From Octopus sinensis (Eukaryota), in assembly GCF_006345805.1 (NCBI RefSeq), contig NC_043002.1:70742001-70806000 (forward strand): DNA of 64,000 bases, in the 5' to 3' direction. The position numbers were made by a program, and so were the translations under genes. The notes under the pieces were generated by a model that worked only from the letters and a program-made list of their open reading frames with translations, had not been told where the DNA came from and made no database searches. This document shows positions 27,240 through 40,240 of the stretch, piece after piece; positions within the stretch are counted from its first letter, which is position 1, and the number at the start of each line of letters is the position of its first letter.

Positions 27240-30200
27240 TGAGAAAAATAAAAACGGAAAATACGGACACTTACATGGTTATAGTATAATTTTTAATGTA
27301 TCGACCGGTTTCGCAATCGCTATTCATGATACAATGTTTAATTTATATGAAAATATTTTTTTTTCTTAAGTAGAAAATGGGTCCATGTTGTTTATAATGA
27401 GATTCACGAATGAATGATTTTACAAGTTGACAAGTAAAGGGAGGTAATTGGTTGTTATTATTGTTATTGTTGTGTGTAGGGGAGATAACTGTCTAGGTTT
27501 TGTGTGGGGAAAAATATGTGTACAGAAAGGAGACAGGTTTTAAAAAAAGGGGGGCCTTGTTTAGTAGGGGATTTATGTACAGTGATGTAATATGTAAAAA
27601 TATAAAAATTGGTTATGCGTGTTTATTCAGACGCGTTTTGTATTTTTCAATGAATAAAGTTTCTTTATTTAAGCGTTCTAGTTGAGAGATTGTGTCTTTG
27701 CACTGGTAAAAAGGGAAGACTGTAAAATTTGGTTTGATGTTACCTGCACATTTTTCTATGTGTTCACTAAGAGGGATTTGTCTGTATTGAGGGAAACGGA
27801 TTTGCTCCTTATGCAGAGTAATTCTCTTTCTCAAAATTAAACTCGTTTGTCCAATGTACTGGTGACTGCAACCAGAGCAGGTTATTACATAAATTAGGTT
27901 CTCAGAGGCACAGGTGAAACTAGTTTTAATTGTGAACCTCTGTCCTTGTTTGAAAAGGAAGTCCGAGCCTTCCAGCAGGTGGGGGCAGGTTCCACAGTTC
28001 GGGCGTCCACATTTTTCAACCGTTGGTTTCATGGTTGTTTTGTAAAGCTTCGATTTGTTAGTAGTCTCTTTAGCGATTTGTCTTGTTTTTTGCATTTGAT
28101 GAGTTTGTGTGTTTTCAGGATGTCGTTCATTTTTGGATCTCTAGTTAGTAAAGGGAGAGTTTGCACAATAGTGTTGAATGCCTCACTGTTTCTGGGGTTG
28201 TGTGTTGATATAAAAAGTAATGTTTTGGTTTGAGGTGTGGTGCTATGTTTTTTTGTTCTTAGTGTTTTTGTGTCTAATTGTATGACTCGTTTAATTCCCT
28301 CGTCTATGAGAGAGGGTGGATATTGTCTTTCAATAAGTGTTGTTTTGAGGTCTTGAAGACGAAGGTCCCGAGTTATTCTATCAGACACTATTGTGCAGAT
28401 CCTTTTTGCTAAGTTAAAAGGGATGTTTATTTTTATGTGTTTCGGGTGGCATGAGTTAAAAAGAAGATATTGTTTTGCGTCAGTTGGTTTATAATAAATG
28501 TCAGTTATGATTTCATTGTTGACTTTTTTTTATCATGATGTCTAAAAAAGGAAGTTGTTCTTTATCATATTCCATTGTGAATTGAATGTTACTATTTATG
28601 TCATTTAGTGTTGTTTTGAAATCCAAACGTTTGTCGATGTTCTCCTTCCAGATGATAAAACAGTCGTCCAAGTATCGCTTCCAATTTTCTCTTTTGTAGA
28701 GATAAAATGAGTAACCATATTTCTGAAGTGATACTTCATATAAGGTGAATTCAAAATAGCCCATTATTAGATTTGCAAGAACAGGAGCTGCTTTCGTCCT
28801 CATCGCAATTCCGCATTTCTGAGGATAGTACGTGTCATCAAACAGGAAATAATTGTTCTGAAGTATAAATTTTAAGGATTCAATAATAAAGGTCTGGTTT
28901 ATGCGTTCCGGGAGGACTTCGGGGTACTTTTCCAACCAGAATTTAATTGCTTTCATTCCATAATCATGGGGGATGTTGTTGTAAAGATTGATAACATCGA
29001 GGGTGACCAATACTGCTTCTTCATTAATCGTTTTTGGTAGGTGTTCTAAGATGTCTAAATCATCCCTAATGAAGCTTTTGATGTATTTCAGCAAGGGTTT
29101 CAGTAGGATGTCTAGAAAATTGCTCAGTCGGTGGGTTTCACAGGCTGGTCCAGCTACAATGGGTCTTAAAGTCAAGTCTTCTGGCGTTTGGATGTTTATA
29201 TATTTGCCTGGTGATTGTTTGCAGGCTTCATTGTTTATCTTTCTCTTGTGTATTTTAGGGAGGCCATAAAAAAGACTGGGTTTACATTTGAAGTTCGTGA
29301 CTTCAAATTAAGGATACAAGATTTTTCATGGTTTTTTGTTGTTTATAGTTTATAATCTTTTCGTAGAAGACCTCGTTTTCTAATATGGAAAGTACTAGTT
29401 TCTTATAGTGTTCTGTGTCCATCAAAACTACAGCACTTCCTTTGTCAGCTTCTTTAATTGTCAGGTCTGTGTCGTTTTTTAGTTCAGTCAGATTTTTCCA
29501 TTCTAGATTATTGAGGTTAGGATTAATTTTTCGTTTAATGGATGTGTACGGGAAATTTTGGATATGTTTGCAGTAGTCATCCAGTGTTTTATTCCTACCC
29601 TTATGTGGGAGGTAATTACTTCTGTTTTTGACTAGTGATTCATCTTCGTTGTCGTAGTCAATTAGTGCTTCTGCGAGTCGTAGTTTTCTGCAGAATTCTG
29701 AAATATTGTCTTTAATTTCATTATGGTTAGCTCTTCGTGGAGTTGGGGTGAATTTTAAGCCTTTGGCTAGTATATTCATTTTTGTTACGGATAGAGTTTT
29801 CTTTGATAAGTTAATAACTATGGTTTCTCCAGTACGTTTTGTTCCAACGTGTGTCCCTGTTTCTATCCACTTGGTCTAAAAAATGTTGATTGAGGTTCGG
29901 TTGGTAGATTTTATTATTTGAGTTATTATTGTTATTAATTAAATCAGTATTATTAGTACTTATTATATTCGGGTAGCTGGGGGGTTGGTGTTGTTGCCTG
30001 GGTAAACTGGTTGGGGGCACGTGGTTAGGATTTTTTCGTTGGAGTGAATTCTTGGGGTGTTTAATTATATTGTTTCTTGGTTGAAGGGTAAAGGGGGTCT
30101 TTGCATATTTCTAGATGGTGGGTAGAAAAAATTATCGCTCCTTACTCTAGGATGGTTTCTTCTAGTGTTTCTAATAGATGGGTAATTCCTGTTATTAGAT

Positions 30201-30335
30201 AGAGAATGGCTTACTTCTAAGCGCTGGGTCACTTTACTGTGTTTGTATTCTTATGGATTTTGATTGTTTGATCTAGGTGGATATGTATTTATTTGTGTAT
30301 ATGCATTTGTTCTAGATTTTTTAATGAAGGGATCA
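27240..30335 (-). mobile_element. Penelope-like retroelement, Neptune-like (RT + C-terminal GIY-YIG), 5'-truncated and frameshifted
   Basis: LAKGLKFTPTP, KEADKGSAVV, LRPIVA, motif A LDVINLYNNI, motif B GIAMRT..AP..AN, motif C WKRYLDD, Cys linker CGRPNCGTC, EN LIYVITCSGC..YIGQT...R...H...H; (TA)n tracts on both sides. Confidence 0.9.
27297..27333 (-). ncRNA. Degenerate minimal hammerhead in the 3' pLTR of the Neptune-like element
   Basis: Minus strand: tgtatc-ATGAATA-gcgattgc-GAA-ACCGGT-C/gataca; perfect 6-bp stem I, palindromic stem III, GUC; two core substitutions (C3A, G8U). Confidence 0.6.
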
Positions 30336-30589
30336 TATATATATATATATATATGCCAAGAAGAAAATGGATGGAATCCACAGGTATAATACATATATTT
30401 ACATAGTAGAAGGTTTCGAGGCGATGTACATACATTAAATATTAGAAACAGAGATCAGGATGGTTGAATAATAATTCATTATTATTATTAATATCAAACT
30501 GAATATTAATTTAATTAATATAAATTTTAAATTTCAGACATTTGCGAGAATTTTCTTGAGAATTTTCTTGAGAACATACCTTTCTTAGT

Positions 30590-30745
30590 GGTAAGACCAT
30601 AGCGGATCTACCTTTAGCATGATGGATATCCACGTAGTGGTGATCCCTCTTATACTGTATGTAATATAATTTTTCTGAATCTTCAGATTTTAATATGCTA
30701 AACCACTGGTTTTAAATTGATATCCAATTTTTCAGCCTTATTATT
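30590..30745. repeat. Dispersed repeat family E copy
   Basis: Aligns with 8595-8770. Confidence 0.6.
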
Positions 30746-30756
30746 TTAAATTCATA

Positions 30757-30798
<42 letters not shown>

Positions 30799-30885
30799 AA
30801 TATATATTAATATATATATATGCATATATATATATATACATATATGCATATATATGAATATATATGTGTATATATATATATATAT

Positions 30886-32005
30886 ATTTCAACAATTGAG
30901 GGTAAAATTAATTAGTTATTAATCAATTTCACCAAGTATTCAGTATGTAAAAGGACCATTTAAGGCGAATTCAAATATTACATTAATATAAAAGGGCTTA
31001 GTAAAATAAATTACTTTGCCACATACTGGTGTTTGCTAGTTTAGCCCACGTGGGTGGAAAGGGAGAACAGGAATTCTGCGCTTGCATATTTTGAATTTGT
31101 TGGCACTGTCAGTTTGAACGGGTCGTCTGAGGTGTTAAGTCGCCAAAAGGGTATGTTCCTACTTTCAGTGTTTCCAAATCCAAATTAAGAAATTTTGGGC
31201 TGACGAAAGAAATGTCGAATTTTATTTGGCTGATCTAGAAACGTAACGTTCTCAAATAATCTTTGCACTTGTGATTTTTTAATGTTTTTTACCCCATACC
31301 TTCGTGGGTTATTCTGAGTAAACACTATCTGAGAGAAATTTTTCTAAGTATTAGAAATAGCTAAAAAACTTTTTTGGCTGCTATTTCTAATGAGTTCAGT
31401 ATGTGGCAAAGTAATTTATTTTACTAAGCCCTTTTATATTAATGTAATATTTTGAATTCGCCTTAAATGGTACTTTTACATACTGAATACTTGGTGAAAT
31501 TGATTAATAACTAATTAATTTTACCCTCAATTGTTGAAATTATAATTCATTTCTCTCTGTTTATTGCCTCGGTTTTCACCGCTAAAATATGGTGTTTGCT
31601 AGTTTAGCCCACGTGGGTGGAAAGGGAGAACAGGAATTCTTCGCTTGCATATTTTGAATTTGTTGGCACTGTCAGTTTGAACGGGTCGTCTGAGGTGTTA
31701 AGTCGCTAAAAGGGTATGTTCCTACTTTCAGTGTTTCCAAATCCAAATTAAGAAATTTTGGGCTGACGAAAGAAATGTCGAATTTTATTTGGCTGATCTA
31801 GAAACGCAACGTTCTCAAATAATCTTTGCACTTGTGATTTTTTAATGTTTTTTACCCCCATACCTTCGTGGGTTATTCTGAGTAAACACTATCTGAGAGA
31901 AAATTTTTCTCTAAGTATTAGAAATAGCTAAAAAACTTTTTGGGCTGCTATTTCTAATGAATTCAGTATGTGGCAAAGTAATTTATTTTACTAAGCCCTT
32001 TTATA

Positions 32006-32010
<5 letters not shown>
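30886..32010. mobile_element. Inverted plus partial-tandem repeat block (PLE pLTR-like architecture)
   Basis: 30886-31028 is the reverse complement of 31397-31540; 31028-31444 is repeated at 31591-32010 (period 563, about 97% by eye); (TA)n on both sides. Confidence 0.75.
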
Positions 32011-32060
<50 letters not shown>

Positions 32061-32159
32061 TATATATAATAATAAAATAATATATAAATATGTATATATG
32101 TAATATATATGCATGTATATAAAGAAAACAAGTGATCGAATGGTATATTTAATTGAAAT

Positions 32160-33335
32160 TTAATGATCAATTTTCTTTCCCTGGTTATCTATGACTTCTT
32201 CCCATCTATTTACAACCTTTTTAATCCCAATGTAAAACTATTTTGGTTTCAAAGCGAAGAACCCCCTCCTTGCTTGCGAAAGTTATGTCCTCCAAATGAT
32301 TCTGTAAACTACGAAACAAATGGTAGTCCGAAGGAGCAAGGTCTGGAGAACAAGTTGGATGAGGTATTTTTTCCCAAACCAAGCTCTTCGATCTTCTGTT
32401 ATGTGTTCATTGCAGCGTTCGATCTCGCATTCTCCTGATGAAACATCACTCTTTTTCGATTAACTAAAGCGGGTCCTTGTTTTCTTCAAAGCTTGGTTCA
32501 AACGCTCCAATTACTGGCAGTAGATTTGAGCATTGATTGTTGCATTATGTAGTAACAATTCAAAGTGAATTACTCCTTTGCAATCCCATCAGATAGAGAG
32601 AAGAATCAATTGCCTATGAACTTCCCTTCAAGGTTGTGGTTGAGCCTTTTCCCTTTTACCAAGCCACTGTCTATGACGTTTAACATTTCGATAGTAGATC
32701 CATTTTCTGTGACCAGTCACAAGTCTATCCAAAAAGGATGAAATAATTTTGCGAGAGTGGAGAGAGGAGCAGATGTCAACTTGAGATTTTCGGTTGCTTT
32801 CGGACAATTCATGAGGAACCCATCTTCCAAGTTTAGGAACCTTTCCAAGTTGTTGAAGATGACGATAAATATTCGTATGGTTTGAACTAAGCTTTATTGC
32901 CAATTCTTCAACTGATAATGCCGGATTTTCTCAAGTAATGCCCCAAGGAGCTTATCATCAAACTCAACTGAACGTCCTGTTCGATATTTATCTTCAAGGC
33001 TGAAATGTCCACTTCTGAAACTTGCAAACCATCTTCTGCAAGATTTCTCATTCAAGCATTCTTTCCCATAAACTGAGTGTATGTTTCGAGTCGCTTCGGC
33101 TGCAGAGTTTCCTTTTTTGTACTCATTAAGCATTATGTGCCTTAAATGCTCTCGAGATACTTCCATGTTAGAAAAGGTTTTAATGAAAAAAAATTAGTTC
33201 TATTATTCTGTATTTAAATGTACACAAGTGTATAAAAATAATTTTTAATTCAATTAGACATTCTAAAATACTATTAAATTTCATTCAATATTCAAATAGG
33301 TGAAATGGGACAGAACTTATGAGATGACGTGATAT
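32160..33335 (-). mobile_element. mariner element, near full length, decayed
   Basis: MEVSREHLRHIMLNEYKKG...CRRWFASFRSG..LED..R.GR (HTH), LGRWVPHEL, RLVTGHRKWIYY; remaining DDD domain frameshifted; the 5' TIR-like end is near 33335, no matching other end found. Confidence 0.9.
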
Positions 33336-33367
33336 AGAATTATATATGTATACACGTATATAAATAC

Positions 33368-33408
<41 letters not shown>

Positions 33409-33505
33409 ATATATATAAATATATATAAAGATATATATAAAGATATATATATAATATATATAAATATATTATAATATATATACATAATATATATGTATAC
33501 AATAC

Positions 33506-33538
<33 letters not shown>

Positions 33539-33910
33539 AATAAATAAATATGTATACAAATACATACATATATATATAAATATATATTATATATATATAC
33601 ATAAATAAATAAATATGTATACAAATACATACATATATATATAGGTATATATATATATATATATATATATTGAACATGTATTTATACATTCCTTCACAGG
33701 AGACCTACACCTACGTTAGGCATTTATTCAAATCGATGTAAATAGTGACATCACTAAAAAGCGCTACAGTTGCTAATTGATAAGTTGAGTTTAATAAACT
33801 TTTGCCATTAGCTGTACCATACGATCATCACTGTATATGTATTATCACTGATCAAACATCTAAAGCTAACACCATTAACTAACACAACCGTCTGAATATT
33901 AACGATTACG

Positions 33911-33946
<36 letters not shown>

Positions 33947-35370
33947 GTTCTTATATATACATATGTGTATGTATATATATATATATATATGTACATATAC
34001 ATATACACATATATATGTGTATATATATATATGTATATATTATTGTATATCATCCCCTATGCGTTGAATATGAAACTTCAGAAGACATGATGAATATGGT
34101 TTAACAGGCCGAGATGCTTGTAAAATTATTATAATACAGCAATAATCTTTTACATTAACCCTTCATTTCGACATCTATTATATTATACATCTACAGACAG
34201 AGAAGAATTTATGGCGATGGTTCGGCATTACTATAAATAGTCTTAAGGTTCTTAATGTCGATATCGATTCAAATTACGGCATCTACCATTTGAAGCGTCC
34301 CTTAGCAGCTCTGTATTTTATAGCTGTGTTTCTTAATTGGCCAAGTGCGAGTGACATGAAATAGGTTGAGGTTGATGTTCTATTTCCACTTCTATAAACA
34401 AGTGCGATACTGAATAACTCTTACTAACAATCAGAATGTGTTTTTATTAGATTTCATCGTTCGCTGTATATGACAAGTATATTATATTAACATCGGAAGG
34501 TTGAAGGTAACTCAATCTCAGCAGGGTTTATAATCAGAGTGTAAACGTTGGAAAAAATATCACAAGACATTTTATTCGACGTTGTAATGACTCTATCTTT
34601 TCTGGTCTCACCATATATACATGACTAATGGTGTTAGTCATATATATAGGACTTAAATGCCCGCTTAGTAAGCGCATGGTTTCGCGCACGATCAAAGCAG
34701 GCAAATATCTTCATAACTCCCAGAGTACCAAATAATTGTGAGGTAGAATTTTATAGACGAAAACTGTTTGGACGTCCTTTCGATAAACCTGTCATGTTTT
34801 GGATAGTAGATCTCTTGGGTTAACTGGTTTGATACCGCCATTCGTTCATTCTTTGCAATCATTTTGTTCAAGTCGATGTGAGTTCTGAATCAAATTTTTA
34901 AATAAAGAACTAAAAGTAAATGTAGATTTTATCGTCCAAATTGTTGAAAAACATGAATATATCAAAATTATAAAAGCTGTTCCTACACAACTAATTAAAA
35001 AACTTACAATAAAGATGAAAATATCGGACCAATGGAAACCAGGAAACAAAAAACTGGAATACGTTCCGTCACTTATTGTAGAAATGGTCTCCTTTTCTGA
35101 AATGTATGAAATGAAATATTGACATAATTTTAATTGAAACAATTATTAATTACACTTTAGATGTTAATAATTAATACCGAATGTACAACATTATGACGAT
35201 ATCATATAAATATAGTGATTCATTAATTATCGTATAAATACAAGGCTAACATAAATACAATGATTTGATGTCCGGCAAGATACACGTACACGTAACTGTA
35301 TAATGAAGTTATGACATCTTCATATTATGTGTAAATCTTTTGCCTTTTATATGTAAATTATATATAGAGA

Positions 35371-35620
35371 TTGTTTTAGTCATTAGACTGCGACCATGCC
35401 GGGGAAACCGCCTTGAATTTTTACAATGGATCAACTCCAGTACTTATTTTTCTAAAGATTTGTACTTATTCTATTCAATTTTTTTTTTGCCGAATATCTT
35501 GGTTACGGGGACACAAAAAACACCAACACCTGTTGTCAAACGATAGTGGAGGTACAAACACAGCCACAAAGACACACATGCATAGATATACATGCACATC
35601 TTTATCTATCTATCTATCTT

Positions 35621-35691
<71 letters not shown>

Positions 35692-35692
35692 A

Positions 35693-35760
<68 letters not shown>

Positions 35761-36003
35761 GTCTATCTATCAATCTATCTATCTATCTACCAACATGTAA
35801 CTGTCTATGTATCTATCTATCTGTCTATCGATAGATAGATAGATAGATATACGACGGGGTTCTTTCAGTTTCCATCTACCAAATCCACTCACAAGGTTTT
35901 GGTAGGTCTGAGGTTTTAGTGGAAATGTCTGGCCCAAGGTGCCACACAGTGGGACCCAACCCATAACCATGTTGCTGGGAAGCAAATACCTTGCCACGTC
36001 ACA
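35371..36003 (-). mobile_element. Family A SINE with expanded internal (TATC)n/(TA)n tract
   Basis: Reverse complement of head (35860-36003) and tail (35371-35570) separated by about 240 bp of microsatellite. Confidence 0.85.
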
Positions 36004-36499
36004 TGAATTTCTTTCTACCAATCATTTCAACCAGTCTCGTTTTCAAGCTTTCTTTACAATTGTTAACCCCCACTTTTTTTAAATAATGCATCACAGACGC
36101 TACACAGGACATATTTCCCTGACGTCCATGCCCCATATATGATGCATATTCCCGATATTTTTCAACCACCAGAGAGTAACTTGTGAATTATAGAATAAAA
36201 GTTTTATATTGGTGAGAATATATGAAACAAGAGCTAAAAGTCTGAAAAATATGCATAAATATTTAGGACAAAATTATAAAAATTGCTTTCAGCAGGCAAA
36301 GGGTTAAAATATAGGAATTAAATAAACATAGAATTAAATAAATGGATAAATATTTCATTAGTTAGCACTACTGATCACTAAGTAAAAATGACGTTTCAAA
36401 TTCTTCTTCCTGCTTTTGGTTGAATGTAATTGCAATTAGCAGCATACTCTTTGGAGTGATTCATTTTTTAAACTCTCATATTTGGTAGTTTACACCGAA

Positions 36500-36658
36500 G
36501 GAAATAGGCTGTGTGGTAAGTAGCTTGCTTACGAATCACATGGCTCCGGGTTCAGTCCCACTGCGTGGCACCTTGGGCAAGTGCCTTCTACTATAGCCTA
36601 GGGCCGACCAAAGCAGTGTGAGTGGATTTGGTAGACGGAAATTGAAAGAAGCCAGTCA
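36500..36658 (+). mobile_element. Family A SINE 5' half, ends in (TA)n
   Basis: ggctgtgtggtaagtagcttgctt...gggttcagtcccactgcgtggcacc. Confidence 0.9.
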
Positions 36659-36755
36659 TATATATATATATATATATATATATATGACCGGCGAATTCTT
36701 TTGCAATTATAGCAGTTATAAAGTAATCCAGAAACGCCAGATGTCATATAGATTA

Positions 36756-37078
36756 CGCCATATGTACACAAGTATAAGATTGTTTTTGAAGCATTGAAAT
36801 GTATTGTAGAATAAGTAGAATGATAATTTTTTTCAACACGCTACTACTGAACTGTCGGCAATTTGGCTTAAAGTGTAGAGCACTGCAACCGGAGTGAGTT
36901 GGAGAGGTGTGAGTTCGATTGTCATAGTTGCTGGCAAATATTTCTGCACTTAAAAGGATTTTAACCTTTATATATACTGTTAAGTATTAACGTGTTAAAA
37001 AAAAAAATTATCTTTCTAAATGTTCTACAATACATTTCAACGCTTCAAAAATAAACTTGTGTTTGTTTACATATGACG
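36756..37078. mobile_element. MITE with about 85-bp TIRs and TA flanks
   Basis: 36756-36840 vs 36991-37078 are imperfect inverted repeats (cgccatatgta... / ...tacatatgacg); TA at 36754-36755 and 37079-37080. Confidence 0.8.
36857..36932 (+). other. tRNA-like cloverleaf relic inside the MITE (not a functional tRNA gene)
   Basis: Acceptor ggcaatt:agttgct (7 bp, 2 G-U), D arm gctt:gagc, T loop TTCGATT with gtgag:gtcat, enlarged non-canonical anticodon arm; A- and B-box-like motifs. Confidence 0.55.
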
Positions 37079-39793
37079 TAAGTAATGAAGTTTTGTTTCC
37101 ACGCATCTCATTGAAGAACTTGAAATTAAGGAAAACTATTTCACAACGATAAAAACGAGGACCCAATAAGCAGTGTTGGATATTCCATTTGTCGTAGAAA
37201 TGATTTCCTATTCTGGAATATTGGCATCTGCGTTAATTGAAGTAATTATTAATTGCATTAACAATGTCATATATATATGATTTATGAATTGTCACATTAA
37301 TTTAATGATAGCACAAATATAATTATATGATGTCCATCAAGATATACATACACGTACACTCACCCTGGCATTTCAATAGTGTATGGCGTTCAGACACCTG
37401 AATTTCTGTTTACCAATTACGGTTTCAGACTGTTTTATGAACAGAGGACACTAGTGATAGATTGAAGAATTAAATATTAGTGTAACATCTATTCAAATGA
37501 CTCACTGGTAATTCGAGTAGACAGTGTTCTTGTGGATGCCCATCTCTTCCCACAAAATAAATGTGCTATTGGTTGTCACAGAGGTTCTGAGACTTTGGCA
37601 CGTTCTTCTCTTCGTAATCCTTCTGGGTGCTCATACATCCATCTTACGGGGCAAGATTCAATGCTCTCTTTTGTATTCGACAATTGGCATAAACCATGCC
37701 AAGTGAAACTTCGAAGCTTCTCAATAAGATTATACATGTGGTACGTGAGGGTGTTTGTGTGCGTGTGCACCGTGAATTTGTGTCTATACCAGCACCAACT
37801 TCCAACAAATGTCACATTAGTTTACGCACTCCAATTACAGGAACTTCAAAGAATTTTCCCTCTGACACACACAACTCTATTAAAGAGACTTTAAAGCACT
37901 CAACATATAATTTTCAAATAGCAAACACTCCATAAGGAGCAACATAACTACGACACAAGTAAATAGTCAAATCAATCCTACACAATCTAATGAATAATCA
38001 TTACTAAACATATTAGAGCAATGATTCCTCATACATCACTTCCTTTCCTATAGATATATTTACTAAAGTCACTTAATAATCTCTGACTCTGCTTTCCACA
38101 GACTGCATACTCATAATCATCTCACCGCTCACACTTCAATGACGTAGGCAAGCGCACAACGAAACAAGTCCCTATAAATTAAAGAATTTAAAATGTTCGG
38201 AATTGAAGGTAACCGCTTTCACTAACATAAAACTTGCTGTAAATTGAGAGAAATAATGACTGCGGAGGTATCAAAATAATATATCCCACAAGTTAATATA
38301 AAATACAACCACAATTACACGCAAACACAAAAGTTGATACAATTAAAATGAAAAACAACGAAAATAATGCTCCAACACCACAGAAAACTGAAATAGTACT
38401 CACCATCCGGCAACTAAACATGGAAATGACAAACTATGAACAATGATTTGGAAAAGAAATGAAATGCACTTGCGTTGAAATTAAGCTGTAAGAAAAAGTG
38501 TCAATGAAATCCTATTTAGAGTAATTAGCGTCTCGAAAATCAAGAGTCACACTATGCGTCATGCCACAATAACAACTTTAGATAATAAACAAAGACGACA
38601 CCAACCCTTACCAAAATTCCTCTAAAATTATCCACTAAGTCTTACCGCGTTATGACCAGAAATGAGAGCTACTGTCCATCCTCATACACCATGAGCTTGA
38701 CTAATTGCATGTCAATACAAAATAATATACGGAAATGTAAAACTTAAATGTCTCATGATAAAATCGCAAACATGTTACATCTACATCTTTGTCCCGAAGA
38801 AATCACTGCACTCAACAACATCTCAAACTACAAGTACCAACAACCACCTATTCCAAGAATGCGATACCTCGGAGTAATTCATAACTTTTCTAGAGCTTCA
38901 TGAACATTCAAGTAACGTCATGCAGAGAGTTCAACCACCTATTAAAAAGGATGATCCTTGTAATCGCTAATCCATACGCACATTCCACTCTAAGAATCAC
39001 CACTCATATTAAGGCAACTACACTCAATCACAAAGCTGTTCGTATAATTAGCACAAAAACGTATGACAAATTCAACGACAAAAATCTCTTACGTGTTCAT
39101 TTACGTGTTCTACGTACGTCACCACTTTGTATGTATGTCAAAAATACTCGACAACATCTGAAGAATAAAACCCTTGAGGGGAACTATTTGGCGCGTTGTC
39201 TTAATAATGTTGTAGGCGAATCCAACAATTCGAGTACCTATGATATCGCGAATGGAATATCACCCTATACTTATAACTCTATATTTATACGATCTCCTCA
39301 CACCCCGATAAATTATACAGAAGGCAATATACGCAGATGATACTGCACACGTTTCCATCCAACTTGTCTCAAGATAATGCTGTGGAATTGCTCGAAGCCT
39401 AAATAATTCACGTAGGAACATTGCTCTAGAATAATATTCTGGAATTAGTCTCTACAAAATCCCCAGTTGCCATTTTAACTAGGCTGGATTATGAAATACC
39501 GCCGACATCACTCTCAAAACTATAAACGTAAAGCGGAGAAATGACAAAATTTATAGTTGTTAAATACAACTCTACAATATTCATAACGCATAACGACATC
39601 CTTAGAACAATCTCATTTGTATTCCATTAACAGAAATGTGCGTATCTTTGTGCGTTTCTACCCAGCAGGACAACAAAAAATTAATGGGATCGAATTGCTC
39701 AACTAAACCGTAAAAAGAGGTTTACCAGCATAGCCATAGCCCAATGAGTGAAACATGTAAAAGGAAGATTACACATGCATACATGCATACATA

Positions 39794-39885
<92 letters not shown>

Positions 39886-39896
39886 TTGTGTATGTG

Positions 39897-40203
39897 GGGG
39901 CGCAATGGCTCAGTGGGTAAGGCAGCAGACTTGCGGTCGTAGGATCGCGGTTTCGATTCCCAGAACGGGCGTTGTGAGTGTTTATTGAGCGAAAACACCT
40001 AAAAGCTCCATGAGGCTCCGGCAGGGGTTGGTGGCGATCCCTGCTGTACTCTTTCGCTACAACTTTCTCTCACTCTTTCTTCTGTTGCCCTCTTCGCTTA
40101 GCCAGCGGTGTGGCGTCATTTGAAGGCTAAAACAATGCAAAGCGCATTGTGACCAGCGATATATAACAACATCTGATAGCCTGGTTGGTCACGGTGATCA
40201 CGG

Positions 40204-40205
<2 letters not shown>
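39897..40205 (+). mobile_element. Family B SINE, full length
   Basis: tRNA-like head GGCGCAATGGCTCAGTGGGTAAGGC...GGTTTCGATTCCC; ends in (TA)n. Confidence 0.9.

Positions 40206-40240
<35 letters not shown>

Noticed and set aside
27613-30020. Selenocysteine readthrough as described for some Naiad PLEs
   Set aside because: Domain order is RT then GIY-YIG (not Naiad), and the disruptions are frameshifts and mixed stops; no SECIS recognised.
31190-31250. CTGACGA...GAA in the tandem block
   Set aside because: Stem I and stem II partners could not be found in either copy.
34846-35142. 98-aa ORF with an apparent transmembrane helix
   Set aside because: Hydrophobicity follows from T-rich sequence beyond a strong splice donor; only the 89-nt exon candidate is kept.
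37520-37760. Minus-strand SFTWHGLCQ...IESC resembling an integrase zinc finger
   Set aside because: No HHCC spacing, DDE core or LTRs.
38900-39560. 146-aa ORF and IMLWNC...IPVAIL resembling a LINE ORF1/APE start
   Set aside because: Too decayed; no downstream catalytic motifs. Possibly an ancient LINE but not supportable.
39899-39975. tRNA-like sequences at SINE heads (also 43670-43746, 6962-7030, 45664-45735)
   Set aside because: Anticodon and acceptor stems do not pair, and each continues into a SINE body; not tRNA genes.
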